From positions 1 through 63,654 of the forward strand of contig CAYWFK010000007.1 of assembly GCA_964457375.1 (NCBI GenBank): 63,654 bases of DNA, in the 5' to 3' direction. Shown one piece after another: positions 46,368 through 55,719 of the stretch. Source of the stretch: an uncultured Anaerolineales bacterium. GTDB taxonomy: Bacteria > Chloroflexota > Anaerolineae > Anaerolineales > UBA11858. The notes under the pieces were generated by a model. That model was not told the origin of the DNA. It was given only the letters and a program-made list of their open reading frames with translations, and searched no databases. The first letter of the stretch is position 1. Every line of letters begins with the position of its first letter. A program made the position numbers and the translations under genes.

Positions 46368-47423
46368 CTAGGGGGCAGGGGCGGTGAGAGTGAAACGGTC
46401 GATGATTTCACCATCCCGGTTGATGAATTCGATGGTAAGTTCTGCGGGGGTTGCTTCTATGCGTAGGGCACCGTAGTTGCGGCGGTAACGGACGACACTG
46501 CCGGGCACAGTTTTCACGAAGTTATACAGGCTCGGAATGCCGCTGGCGCCAATTGTAATGTAGGGGAACCCCTCCCGTATGATGCGTTCATAGACATGGT
46601 CGTGCCCGGACAGGACCAGGGATGCTCCCCACGCCTGGAAGGGCCATTGCATCCAGTCTGTGGAGCCGTGTTTGCCGGATGAATATGGCGGATGGTGCAT
46701 GTAGACGATTTTCCAGGGCTCTTCAGCCTGTGCGAGGGTTTTTTTCAGCCATCGTGCCTGGACGGATGAAGCGCTGACACCGTCGGGTTCGCGTGAATCG
46801 CTATCCAGTGCGAAGAAGTGCACCGGTCCCCAGACGAAATCATAATACCGTTCGTTTCCGGGGAGGGTGAAATAGTCCAGGTAGGGGATGGCGTGGCGGG
46901 TAGTCCAGTCGTGGTTGCCCAAAGCCGGGAAGAAGCGCAGTTGGTCTGCTCCCTGCCCGTATTTGCCGTGATAGTTATAGATGTATGCGTGGTAATACTT
47001 GCCGATATTGCGGTCGATGGTTTCGGCAGCCCCGATAGGATTGTTGTTGTCTCCTGTGGTGATGATGAATGCGGGGTGCCAGCTTTTCACAAGAGCGGCT
47101 ATATCCGCTTCCGGTTTTCCGTCCGTGCCAAAATCGCCAATCACGGCGAATACCAGCGGGGGCCTGGCAGTTTGTGTGGCTGTCGGGGCGGGTGGCAAGG
47201 TTGCAGCGGGCTGCGTTGTGGCGGTTGGGGGTGCTGTTTCGAGAGTGGCTGTTTTGGCTGGTGTCCGGGCGTGGGTGGCGGATACCATTGGCTGTGCGGG
47301 GGCTGCTGTGGTGATGCTGCCCGGTGACACCGGAAACAGGCGGGTGCATCCGGTTATGACGGTGAGCAGCGCTGTGATGAAAAATGTGCACGTTTTCTTG
47401 TTTATCATTGTTTGTGGTTCCAT
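46368..47423 (-). CDS. Metallophosphoesterase (purple acid phosphatase-like) lipoprotein
   Basis: Lipobox ITG-C, T/P/A linker, GDFG, GDN, GNHD, HH, GHDH motifs. Confidence 0.87.
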   Translation of the reverse strand: MEPQTMINKKTCTFFITALLTVITGCTRLFPVSPGSITTAAPAQPMVSATHARTPAKTATLETAPPTATTQPAATLPPAPTATQTARPPLVFAVIGDFGTDGKPEADIAALVKSWHPAFIITTGDNNNPIGAAETIDRNIGKYYHAYIYNYHGKYGQGADQLRFFPALGNHDWTTRHAIPYLDYFTLPGNERYYDFVWGPVHFFALDSDSREPDGVSASSVQARWLKKTLAQAEEPWKIVYMHHPPYSSGKHGSTDWMQWPFQAWGASLVLSGHDHVYERIIREGFPYITIGASGIPSLYNFVKTVPGSVVRYRRNYGALRIEATPAELTIEFINRDGEIIDRFTLTAPAP

Positions 47424-47516
47424 CCGGCGGGTTCAATCGTGCCGGAACGCTTCTCTTGAACGAAAACATGAAAGGCAGCGCATGGGGCGCTGCCTGTGTG
47501 TTTTGGATGCCGGGGA

Positions 47517-47885
47517 TTATTCCTCCCGATATTCGCCATCGACGATGTTGTCTTCGTCGATTTTTTCTGGATTTTCATCAGCGGACGGCTTCCAGACCCC
47601 GTTGATTTCTTTTTCGAGAGCCTCACGGTGCTCTGCGACGATTTCGGGGGGACATAATTCGACGAATAGGTACGTTCCTGCACCGATGACCATTGCGTCA
47701 TCGACCGGACCCGGGAGGAGATCGGGAAAGATGAAATAAACCATCGTACCGATTGGGATAAGTTTCAGCAGCGGGTTGATGCGCGGGTCGGCGACCAGCC
47801 GCCAAATCAGCTTGATTTGAAAAGCAATATTCCTGAATAAACCGCGGTCTGCTTTGACGACCTGACGTTTGTTTTTATCGTTCAT
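47517..47885 (-). CDS. DUF1232/YkvA-family protein
   Basis: YFIFPDLLPGPVDDA motif; TATAAT (47910-47905) and GGAGG RBS support ATG 47885. Confidence 0.7.
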   Translation of the reverse strand: MNDKNKRQVVKADRGLFRNIAFQIKLIWRLVADPRINPLLKLIPIGTMVYFIFPDLLPGPVDDAMVIGAGTYLFVELCPPEIVAEHREALEKEINGVWKPSADENPEKIDEDNIVDGEYREE

Positions 47886-48072
47886 TGGAACCTCCAATGC
47901 GCGCATTATACCAGATGTGCGCTATTCTTATATACGCAGCGCTGTATTGCAGGTTTCGCCTGACGACGGGTATTTGTTTTGTGTGATTGTTTTGGCTTTC
48001 CGGATGTGGCGACGGGTGTTGGTTTCCCGTGTACAATTGGAAATAAATTTCGAGGCAGGTGAACGGAAGATT

Positions 48073-48771
48073 ATGGCAGAACGCACTGATATCCAAGCAA
48101 TTATTTTCGATTTCGACGGGCTGATTTTGGAAACGGAGGCACCGGTCTATCGTTCGTGGTGTGAGGTATACGAGCGCTTTGGCCTGGAATTGCCGTTTTC
48201 GGAATGGGGGAAGATCATCGGGACGGCGAACGCTGAACATTTCAACCCGCTTTCACAGCTGGAACGACTGATAGGACGGGAACTCAATCATGACGAGATT
48301 TTGCGCCAACGGCGGGAGCGGGAATTGGCAATGATTCATGCTCAGCCCGTCATGCCGGGTGTGCTGGCTTGCCTGCAGGATGCGAAAGCCATGGGGCTGA
48401 AACTTGGCGTAGCTTCCAGCTCTTCCCGTGACTGGGTTACGGGGCATCTCGAGCGGCTGGGGTTGCTGGATTTCTTTGAGTGTATACGGACTTCGGATGA
48501 TGTCGAGCGTACCAAACCGGACCCGGCGTTGTACCAGCTTGTTTTACAGGCGCTGCATGTAACTCCGCAGGAAGCCATCGTGTTCGAGGACTCTCCGAAC
48601 GGGATAACGGCGGCAAAACGGGCGGGGTTGTTTTGTGTTGCCGTCCCGAATGAAATTACCCGCCTGTTACCAATTGAGCACGCTGATATGGTGCTGGGTT
48701 CGTTGGCTGACATCCGCCTGCCGGATTTGCTTCGGCAAGTTGTTGCAAAACGGCAGGGTGACATGCTATAG
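48073..48771 (+). CDS. HAD-superfamily hydrolase (beta-PGM/CbbY-like)
   Basis: FDFDGLILETE, VASSS, KPDPALY, FEDSPNG; start moved to ATG 48073. Confidence 0.88.
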   Translation: MAERTDIQAIIFDFDGLILETEAPVYRSWCEVYERFGLELPFSEWGKIIGTANAEHFNPLSQLERLIGRELNHDEILRQRRERELAMIHAQPVMPGVLACLQDAKAMGLKLGVASSSSRDWVTGHLERLGLLDFFECIRTSDDVERTKPDPALYQLVLQALHVTPQEAIVFEDSPNGITAAKRAGLFCVAVPNEITRLLPIEHADMVLGSLADIRLPDLLRQVVAKRQGDML

Positions 48772-48818
48772 TAAATGTATCGTGCTCTTTTCGTTTGCGG
48801 ATTGAGGAGGTGTTGGTC

Positions 48819-49940
48819 ATGCGTGCAGTTGGTAAACTTTTGGCGTTTGTGCTTGTGTTGGTTTTTATCCTGGTTCTGCCGGCAGCAGTTCTTGGGTATG
48901 ATATCGGCAGTGTCATTTTCGATCAGCCGAAAATCACTGCAATCACCACGGAGATTGTCACGAAATCGGATTTGATTCCATTGGGTTTGAACTGGTATTC
49001 GGAAACCCAGGCGGAACGGCGATATGCCAGCGGTGCAGCGGAAGCATGGGTGGGCGAGCCGGATGTCGTGCAGCTGATTTCGTTTTTGGATACGGACGAC
49101 TGGCGGGCAATCCGCAGGGAAGTGCTCACGGATGAGATTTTGGCAAAGTGGACGGCAAGCACGGTCGATGGTGTGTATAAATGGCTGGATTCGCAAGAGA
49201 AGGTGCCGCAAATTACCTGGACCATGGCGGATTTTGTTCAGCGGATTGAGAGCAAGCACGGGCTGACGGCAATTACGATTGCGTACAATGCACTGCCTCC
49301 GTGCACGGATGAGCAGATAGCGGATTTCAAATCCCGTTTGGCAGCGGCGCCGGCGGGCGAGAAAGTGTTATACAATCTGTGCCGCTTCCCTGACCCATGG
49401 AAGACGGATCAGTTCGGTGATTATCAGGATGCGCTGGAAGCTGTGGCGCAGAGTATCCCCGCCCGGTTCAATCTGACCGCTGAACTGGCGCCGGTCAGTG
49501 ATCCTGACCATGGGGTTGGCGCCGAAGCAATCAGGAATCAGCTTCTTGCCGTACGCCGTATCATGATTTTGGCTCCGATTGTGGTGCTGTTTTTGCTGCT
49601 TTTGATTGCGGTGCTTGCTGTGCGTTCCTTGCGCTCTTTGGGCTTTTGGTGGGGAATCCCGCTGATTTTGGGCGGTTTGCTGGTGCTGGCCGGCGGGGTG
49701 GTATACCGGGTTGTGCTTACCGGTGTGCTTTCTGCGGGGATATTAAGCGAAGTGCCTCCGTTGATCATGAAAGAAGCGTTGAAAGGCATTCTGATTTTGG
49801 CGGGGCATATTTTCAAGCCGATGGTGTGGCAGGGGATTGTGGTTTTGGCGTCGGGTATTTTGCTTTTGGTTGCCGGAAGTGTCCGCAGGAAGAAACCCGG
49901 GACGGCGCACGATGAACCTGAAGCGGGTGATGTTCCCTGA
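48819..49940 (+). CDS. Hypothetical membrane protein with large extracellular domain
   Basis: GAGGAGG RBS before ATG 48819; one N-terminal and three C-terminal TM segments. Confidence 0.7.
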   Translation: MRAVGKLLAFVLVLVFILVLPAAVLGYDIGSVIFDQPKITAITTEIVTKSDLIPLGLNWYSETQAERRYASGAAEAWVGEPDVVQLISFLDTDDWRAIRREVLTDEILAKWTASTVDGVYKWLDSQEKVPQITWTMADFVQRIESKHGLTAITIAYNALPPCTDEQIADFKSRLAAAPAGEKVLYNLCRFPDPWKTDQFGDYQDALEAVAQSIPARFNLTAELAPVSDPDHGVGAEAIRNQLLAVRRIMILAPIVVLFLLLLIAVLAVRSLRSLGFWWGIPLILGGLLVLAGGVVYRVVLTGVLSAGILSEVPPLIMKEALKGILILAGHIFKPMVWQGIVVLASGILLLVAGSVRRKKPGTAHDEPEAGDVP

Positions 49941-50067
49941 GAAGACGGCATACCTTGCGCGGTTTTGATGGGCAGGGGATGTAGGCTGACGCGGACGTTC
50001 CCGGCCTTGATTTTGCCCCGTACGATGGAATCTGTTTCGGGGAACCCCGTGGGCTGTACCTGATTGG

Positions 50068-50736
50068 TCAGTTCCCAGCGGCAGGTTCGCGTTTTTGGGC
50101 GGGTTTGATATCGATGATTGGCGTGTTGTTGAGCGCGTCCAGCCCGCGCACGGTGAGGATTTTCCCTTCGATTTTCAACAGTTCGGCTTCCGTGCAGCCA
50201 ATTGCGTTGGGGCGTTTGGGGCTGTGTAATGAAAATACACCGCGCTGGGGTTGTGTGCGGTCACCTTGTGGGTGCTGCAACAATTCGTATCCTTGTGATT
50301 TGTGGAAATGGAATAGTACGTAAACCGACCGGTAGTTTTCCAGCCCCCGCAATCCCTGTTGAAACGCCGGTTTGAGCACCAGACGGGATTCGGCTGTTTT
50401 GAGTGTGTCGACCGGTGCGGGTTCGTCGAAGTCGTTTTCCACATGTCCGATTGGATCGTAGTGGATGCTGTCGGGTAGCGGCTCTGTTTCGCTGACGGGG
50501 CAGGCGTTGGAATAAGTAACGATCATCACTGCGTTGCTGGTTTTTTCCGTTTTCGAAAAGGCTTCCTGCAAAGCGCGAAAAACCAATGCCTGTTCTCCGA
50601 CAATCAATGTGCTCATTGCCCCGGGGGTGGTTTGCAGGTTATAGCTATGAAAAATTCTGAGTGCAGAATCGATTGCCGGCGAAAGATCCGGTTGTTTCAG
50701 CGGATAAATGCTGACTTGTGCTGAAATGATTGGCAT
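50068..50736 (-). CDS. YkoF/thiamine-binding-like domain fused to TrmO (TsaA/YaeB) beta-barrel SAM-binding domain
   Basis: N-term ISAQVSIYPL..PGAMST.I.G; C-term PIGHV...GL.GLE...VLFHFH...GVFSLHSPKRPNAIG...GLDALNNTPIIDIKP; GAGG RBS before ATG 50736. Confidence 0.8.
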   Translation of the reverse strand: MPIISAQVSIYPLKQPDLSPAIDSALRIFHSYNLQTTPGAMSTLIVGEQALVFRALQEAFSKTEKTSNAVMIVTYSNACPVSETEPLPDSIHYDPIGHVENDFDEPAPVDTLKTAESRLVLKPAFQQGLRGLENYRSVYVLFHFHKSQGYELLQHPQGDRTQPQRGVFSLHSPKRPNAIGCTEAELLKIEGKILTVRGLDALNNTPIIDIKPAQKREPAAGN

Positions 50737-50747
50737 GGTTGACCTCA

Positions 50748-51383
50748 CTACTGGTTGGTTTTGATTATGGCTGCACCGATGAAACCGCCCCAGGGGAGGC
50801 GGGAAGACCATGGGAGACAGCGGAATAAAGTCGTTCGTCGGTAATACGCATCTTTTCGAAACCCGAGATGCCGGATGAGTGAATCCAGTTCTCCGGGGGT
50901 GAACAAGTGTGCGCTTTGCCATATCGCACCGCCTTTGCGGTGCAGCGCAGCGCCGAGCAAACTTTGCCGGTTCAAGATCCCCAATATCAGGCCGCGCCGG
51001 GCAACTCTCAAGCCTTCTGTGAGTGCCTCAGCCGGGTTTTTCATGAATTCCAATGCGGTAATGTAAACGACCAAATCGAAAGCATTCTTGGGAAAGGGCA
51101 GCTGTTCAGCATTTGCCTGGAGACAGCGAGACGTTCCCTGCCTTTTTGCCTCTGCGAGCATTGGGCGTGAGCTGTCGATACCGGTGGAATGCAAGCCGCA
51201 GGACGGGAACCAGCGGGTGAAGTGCCCTGTGCCGCATCCGACTTCCAGCAGCGTATGTGCAGCCGGAAAGCGGGCAACAAGTTTCGAGAGGAGAACTTTT
51301 TCCAGCCGGTCGGCGCGTTTGCCGGATGTTGTGTACCATGCCTCGTAGTGCGAGACTGTTTCCCGGTTGTCGAATGGATTCAC
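50748..51383 (-). CDS. Class I SAM-dependent methyltransferase
   Basis: LLEVGCGTG, GIDSS, ANAEQLPF, FDLV, LEF motifs; probable GTG start 51383. Confidence 0.85.
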   Translation of the reverse strand: MNPFDNRETVSHYEAWYTTSGKRADRLEKVLLSKLVARFPAAHTLLEVGCGTGHFTRWFPSCGLHSTGIDSSRPMLAEAKRQGTSRCLQANAEQLPFPKNAFDLVVYITALEFMKNPAEALTEGLRVARRGLILGILNRQSLLGAALHRKGGAIWQSAHLFTPGELDSLIRHLGFRKDAYYRRTTLFRCLPWSSRLPWGGFIGAAIIKTNQ

Positions 51384-51681
51384 TGAAAATACCTTTGTAC
51401 GGAAGTCGCTGGGATGTGGTGGGGAACGATGAGCCGGAAACATTTTACCACGTAGTACTGTTCTTTGTTCGGCGGATGAACTTGTTCCGGATAGCTTCGC
51501 AGATGAGTGCGATACGGGATGAAAACAGGCAACATTCCGAAATTGCAAGGTGGTTGTAAATTGAATGGCACCATTGTAAACTATAATGTGTTATACTTTT
51601 TTGTTCGACGGTATGATCTATCGCAGATTTATTGCAGACTTGGATGGCATGATGGTCAATGAGAGGAGTAAATTGAAAAAG

Positions 51682-52272
51682 ATGGTAAATCCCATGAACA
51701 AAGATATTGGCGCCCGGATTCATTCGCTGCGCAAGAGCAAAGGTTTGTCCTTGCGGGCGCTTGCCCAGCGCAGTGGATTGTCAGGTAATGCAATCAGTTT
51801 GATCGAACGGGGAAAGAATTCTCCCACGATCAATACACTTTACCAGCTGGCATTGGGGTTGGAAATTCCTGTGATTGAATTTTTCCGTGACGGGAATGAG
51901 AAACATGCCATCTATATCAAGAACGATCAAGGGTTCCGATACACTTACGAATATGTCGAAATGGAAAGTTTAGGCTCCGGGCTGCCGAACCAGAAAATCG
52001 AAGCTTACCGCATCACGATCAAGCCCAACGGGAAAATGCTGCGGGATCCGATTACCCATCCGGGGCAGGAGTTCGTTTACGGGCTGGAGGGGAGAATCGA
52101 TTACATGGTTGGAGACAAGCGTTATCAGCTTGGCAGCGGAGACAGCTTGCTTCTCGATTCGACCCAGCCGCATTGCTGGTGTAATGCAACGGACAAAATC
52201 GCCAAGATTTTACTTGTGTTCTTTTCACCGCTGGAGGGGCAAATCAGCGCCCAGGGGCATTTGATGATTTGA
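51682..52272 (+). CDS. XRE-family HTH + cupin transcriptional regulator
   Basis: LSLRALAQRSGLSGNAISLIERGKNSPT HTH; HPGQEFVYGLEG and H-x-W cupin motifs; exact start uncertain (51673-51694). Confidence 0.88.
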   Translation: MVNPMNKDIGARIHSLRKSKGLSLRALAQRSGLSGNAISLIERGKNSPTINTLYQLALGLEIPVIEFFRDGNEKHAIYIKNDQGFRYTYEYVEMESLGSGLPNQKIEAYRITIKPNGKMLRDPITHPGQEFVYGLEGRIDYMVGDKRYQLGSGDSLLLDSTQPHCWCNATDKIAKILLVFFSPLEGQISAQGHLMI

Positions 52273-52563
52273 TGCGCAGCACGCGGTACACTGGCAGGCA
52301 TTGATTTCCGCGGGGTGTGCCTGATGTTTTCGTATATCCGGTGTTGGAGATAGCGGGGGAAAGGTTTTCGGCGCTTACGTGTGTTTTTGTGGAGAAGGGC
52401 TGTTGCAGTATGCAAGGTCTTTCTCCATGTTGTTTTCCGGCTGGTGGTTCATCCGGAGATAGGGGGATGGCGGTTGTCTGTGCCCCGGCTGTTTTCCGGG
52501 GGGAAGTCCTTTTGCGTTGAAGTGATGTTTGTTAGGTGTCAGCCGCAGGTGTTTGGCTGTTGC

Positions 52564-52613
52564 TTGACAGCAGATAAAAAGAGGGTATTATATATGAGCG
52601 AATGAACATATAT
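52564..52613 (+). promoter_or_regulatory. Promoter with SmtB/ArsR-type inverted-repeat operator
   Basis: TTGACA (52564-69), TATTAT (52586-91), overlapping ATATATG-N10-CATATAT (52590-52613). Confidence 0.65.
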
Positions 52614-52627
52614 GCAGGAGAAAGATC

Positions 52628-52939
52628 ATGAACGATGAAAAAACACCTATTCAGCTGGATGATCAGCTGGCGAGCCGTATGGCGGAATTGTTCCGTGCGC
52701 TCAGTGACCCCAGCAGGTTGAAAATCATCGCTGCTTTGTGTGGCGGTGGTACCAATGTCGGTGGTATTGCGAAAATGGTGGGAATTAGCGAGTCGGCAGT
52801 TTCGCACCAGCTGCGTACCTTGCGGCAAATGCGCCTGGTGCGCGCCCACCGGAAAGGGCGCGAGGTGTTTTACACGCTTGATGATGACCATGTAACGGAT
52901 TTGTTCATGCGCGGGTATGCACACAGCATTCATGCGTGA
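52628..52939 (+). CDS. ArsR/SmtB metalloregulator, alpha5 (Zn/Co-sensing) class
   Basis: LFRALSDPSRL, SESAVSHQLR; C-terminal DxH-x10-H-x2-H site (DDHVTDLFMRGYAHSIH). Confidence 0.9.
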   Translation: MNDEKTPIQLDDQLASRMAELFRALSDPSRLKIIAALCGGGTNVGGIAKMVGISESAVSHQLRTLRQMRLVRAHRKGREVFYTLDDDHVTDLFMRGYAHSIHA

Positions 52940-53006
52940 GGGTGGCGCAGAAAATGATTACGGACTCAATGAAAACAATCACGAGCATTCACAGGACGAA
53001 TGAACA

Positions 53007-55349
53007 ATGACATACGAAAAAACACTTGAGTTGGCAGTTCCTTTGCTTTTGCCTGGTGTGAAAATCGGGCAGGATGGGTATTTGGCACAGTTAGCCCGCA
53101 GTTTGCAAAACAAACGCGGTATCTTGCGCGTGCATGTCAAAGGGAAGGACGAATACCGGCAGATGTGCCTGCACTACGATGCCGCTGTGCTTTCTACAAA
53201 TGATGTATCACGCATGGCGCAGCAGGCCGGTGAAAAAATCGCCCGCCATTATCGGCGCGATGTCATTCGCCTAAGCGGTATGGATTGCTCGGATTGTGCG
53301 CTTGTCATCGAGCATGGTCTTGCGCGGATGGACGGGGTATTCGATGTGCGGGTAAGTTATCCGGGCAAACAGCTGCAAGTGGTCTATGATTCGCATTTGG
53401 TCAGCAGGAAGGCGCTGGAAAAACGCATTCGCGGGCTGGGGTATGGTGTTCCGGAAACCGGTGCCGGGCGCTGGATGCGGGAAAACAGGGAAGTGCTTCT
53501 CAGTTTTCTGGGCGGGCTTTTCTTGTCGATCGGGTGGATTGGTCAGCGGTTTGGGAACTTTTCCCCGACAGCTGCACTGGTTTTGTATCTTGCCGCTTAT
53601 GGGAGCGCCGGATTTCACATTACCCGCCATGCATTGCATGCGTTGAAAGAACGTCATTTCGATACGGATATACTGATGCTGCTTGCTGCTGCCGGTGCCG
53701 GATTCCTCGGGCAGTTTGCCGAAGGTGCCTTGCTCTTGTTTCTGTTTAGCCTGGGGCATGCGCTGGAAGAGCGCGCGATGGATAAGGCGCGCAGGGCAAT
53801 CACTGCCTTGGCTGATCTTGCTCCAAAGGTTGCCCTGGTTCGCCGCGACGGGCAGGAAACCGAATTGCCTGTGGAACAATTGCGGATTGGTGATTGGGTA
53901 ATCATTCCTCCCGGTGTGCGTATACCGGTGGATGGAAAAATCGTCGAGGGAGAGTCCGGGGTAGACCAGTCTCCGGTAACAGGGGAGTCGATGCCGGTGG
54001 ACAAAGCCTCGGGTGATATTGTGTTTGCCGGTTCTGTCAACGGGGAAGGGGCGCTGGAGGTGGTCGTGACCCGGCTTGCGCAGGATACTACGCTTGCGAA
54101 GGTGGTGGCGATGGTCGAAAACGCGCAGGCACAGAAATCCCCTACCCAGCGAATCACGGAGCGGTTCGAGCGCTGGTTCGTACCGGCTGTGCTGGTTATC
54201 GATTTGCTGTTGATTGTTCTTCCGCCGTTGTTTGGGGTACCGTTTGCTGTTTCGTTCATGCGCGCAATGACTTTGCTTGTAGCTGCGTCACCGTGTGCTT
54301 TGGCTTTGGGGACACCCTCTGCCGTGTTGGCAGGGATTGCGCGTGCAGCCCGGAGCGGGGTGCTGGTGAAAGGCGGGGCACACCTGGAAAACCTCGGGAG
54401 AATCAGGGCGGTCGCTTTCGACAAAACCGGAACGATTACCAAGGGAACCCCGGCTTTGACGGACGTGGTTGCTGTCCGTCCTGATGGTGAAAACGATGTT
54501 TTGAGGCTGGCGGCTGCGGTTGAACGCCGGTCGGCGCACCCGCTGGCGTTGGCTGTTGTCCGCGCTGCCCAAATGCGGGGAATTGATATTCCCGATGCAA
54601 ACGATGTTGTGGCTGTAACCGGAAGAGGTATGAAAGCCATGGTGAATGACCGCCCGGTATGGCTGGGAAGTGCGAAGATGTTTGCAGATGCCGGTGTGAC
54701 AGTGCCGAAAATGATTGGTGAACAGGCTGATGCACTCGAACGGGCGGGGAAGACCACGATACTGGTGGGAGAAAACGGCAGGATTATCGGGGTGATTGCC
54801 GTGGCAGATGTCATCAGGGAGAATGCCCGCCAGGCGGTGAGCGCTTTGAAAGCACTTGGCATCCGGCATATGGTGATGCTCACCGGCGACAACCCGCGTG
54901 TTGCCAAATTCATTGCCGGTGAGGCGGGTTTGACCGACGTGCGGGCGAACTTGATGCCGGAGGACAAACTGGCTGTCATCGATGATCTCATTGGAAAATA
55001 CCATTATGTTGCCATGGCGGGGGATGGGGTAAACGATGCACCGGCTTTGGCGAATGCCACCCTTGGCATTGCCATGGGCGGAGCCGGAACGGATGTTGCC
55101 CTGGAGACGGCTGATGTGGTCTTGATGGGTGACGATCTGGCAAAATTGCCTTTTGCTGTCGGGCTTGGAAAGGCAGCCCGGCGTATCATCCGCATGAACC
55201 TTTTGATTGCCCTGGGGGTAATTGCCGGATTGACGGGGCTGGCGTTGACCGGTTTGGCAGGAATTGGGCTTGCAATTGTCTTTCATGAGGGCAGTACGAT
55301 TGTCGTGGTGCTGAATGCCTTGCGCCTGCTCGGTTATCAATCCAGATAA
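53007..55349 (+). CDS. Heavy-metal P1B-type ATPase (P1B-4-like signatures) with N-terminal CxxC domain
   Basis: GMDCSDC, TGES, SPC, DKTGT, HP, GDGVNDAP, HEGST. Confidence 0.93.
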   Translation: MTYEKTLELAVPLLLPGVKIGQDGYLAQLARSLQNKRGILRVHVKGKDEYRQMCLHYDAAVLSTNDVSRMAQQAGEKIARHYRRDVIRLSGMDCSDCALVIEHGLARMDGVFDVRVSYPGKQLQVVYDSHLVSRKALEKRIRGLGYGVPETGAGRWMRENREVLLSFLGGLFLSIGWIGQRFGNFSPTAALVLYLAAYGSAGFHITRHALHALKERHFDTDILMLLAAAGAGFLGQFAEGALLLFLFSLGHALEERAMDKARRAITALADLAPKVALVRRDGQETELPVEQLRIGDWVIIPPGVRIPVDGKIVEGESGVDQSPVTGESMPVDKASGDIVFAGSVNGEGALEVVVTRLAQDTTLAKVVAMVENAQAQKSPTQRITERFERWFVPAVLVIDLLLIVLPPLFGVPFAVSFMRAMTLLVAASPCALALGTPSAVLAGIARAARSGVLVKGGAHLENLGRIRAVAFDKTGTITKGTPALTDVVAVRPDGENDVLRLAAAVERRSAHPLALAVVRAAQMRGIDIPDANDVVAVTGRGMKAMVNDRPVWLGSAKMFADAGVTVPKMIGEQADALERAGKTTILVGENGRIIGVIAVADVIRENARQAVSALKALGIRHMVMLTGDNPRVAKFIAGEAGLTDVRANLMPEDKLAVIDDLIGKYHYVAMAGDGVNDAPALANATLGIAMGGAGTDVALETADVVLMGDDLAKLPFAVGLGKAARRIIRMNLLIALGVIAGLTGLALTGLAGIGLAIVFHEGSTIVVVLNALRLLGYQSR

Positions 55350-55553
55350 AAGATACCGCGGGGATGCCGCCTGACGGGGAAGGGTTCAACACCCCTGCCA
55401 CACCGGCACAGGAAACATCCCCGCTGTAACGCTTCGGGCGGGGAGCTTGCACAGGAAAAATGCCATAGCAGACTGGCGGCTTTACAAGCCGCCAACCCGG
55501 TTTAGCGGTTCAGGGGGAAACAATGGGCTGGGGTAACGGGAAAAAATAATTTG

Positions 55554-55641
55554 CGGAGAGGGTGGGATTCGAACCCACGGTGGCACAGGATGCCACAACG
55601 GTTTTCGAGACCGCCCCAATCGTCCACTCTGGCACCTCTCC
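55554..55641 (-). tRNA. tRNA-Ser(CGA), CCA not encoded
   Basis: GGAGAGG/CCTCTCC acceptor stem, anticodon loop CT-CGA-AA, long variable arm, GGGTTCGAATCCC T-arm, discriminator G followed by CAA. Confidence 0.97.
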
Positions 55642-55672
55642 TGTTTCTTTCAACGAACGCATTATACCAAGA

Positions 55673-55704
55673 ATGAGAAGAACCGAAAGTGTGATTCTTC
55701 TCAT
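55673..55704. terminator. Stem-loop between the MBL nuclease gene and the tRNA promoter
   Basis: ATGAGAAGAA/TTCTTCTCAT 10-bp inverted repeat; minus-strand TATAAT at 55666-55661. Confidence 0.45.
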
Positions 55705-55719
55705 CCGTTATCCATCCGT

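Noticed and set aside
51384-51600. TPP riboswitch ahead of the methyltransferase/YkoF-TrmO operon
   Set aside because: No CTGAGA or AACCTGATC core; an extended -10 (TG-G-TAAAAT) leaves only a ~50-nt leader.
53654-54991. Long antisense/alternate-frame ORFs (also 12769-13518, 38282-39316, 608-1363 and similar)
   Set aside because: Shadow ORFs of well-supported genes, expected from codon bias at this GC content; no motifs or RBS.
50068-55641. Genomic island integrated at tRNA-Ser
   Set aside because: Accessory-looking genes abut the tRNA 3' end, but there is no integrase, no duplicated tRNA 3' fragment and no obvious compositional break.
50068-55641. Functional link between the TrmO-like gene and nearby tRNA-Ser(CGA)
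   Set aside because: TrmO acts on t6A37 of ANN-decoding tRNAs (U36); this tRNA has A36, so it is not a substrate.
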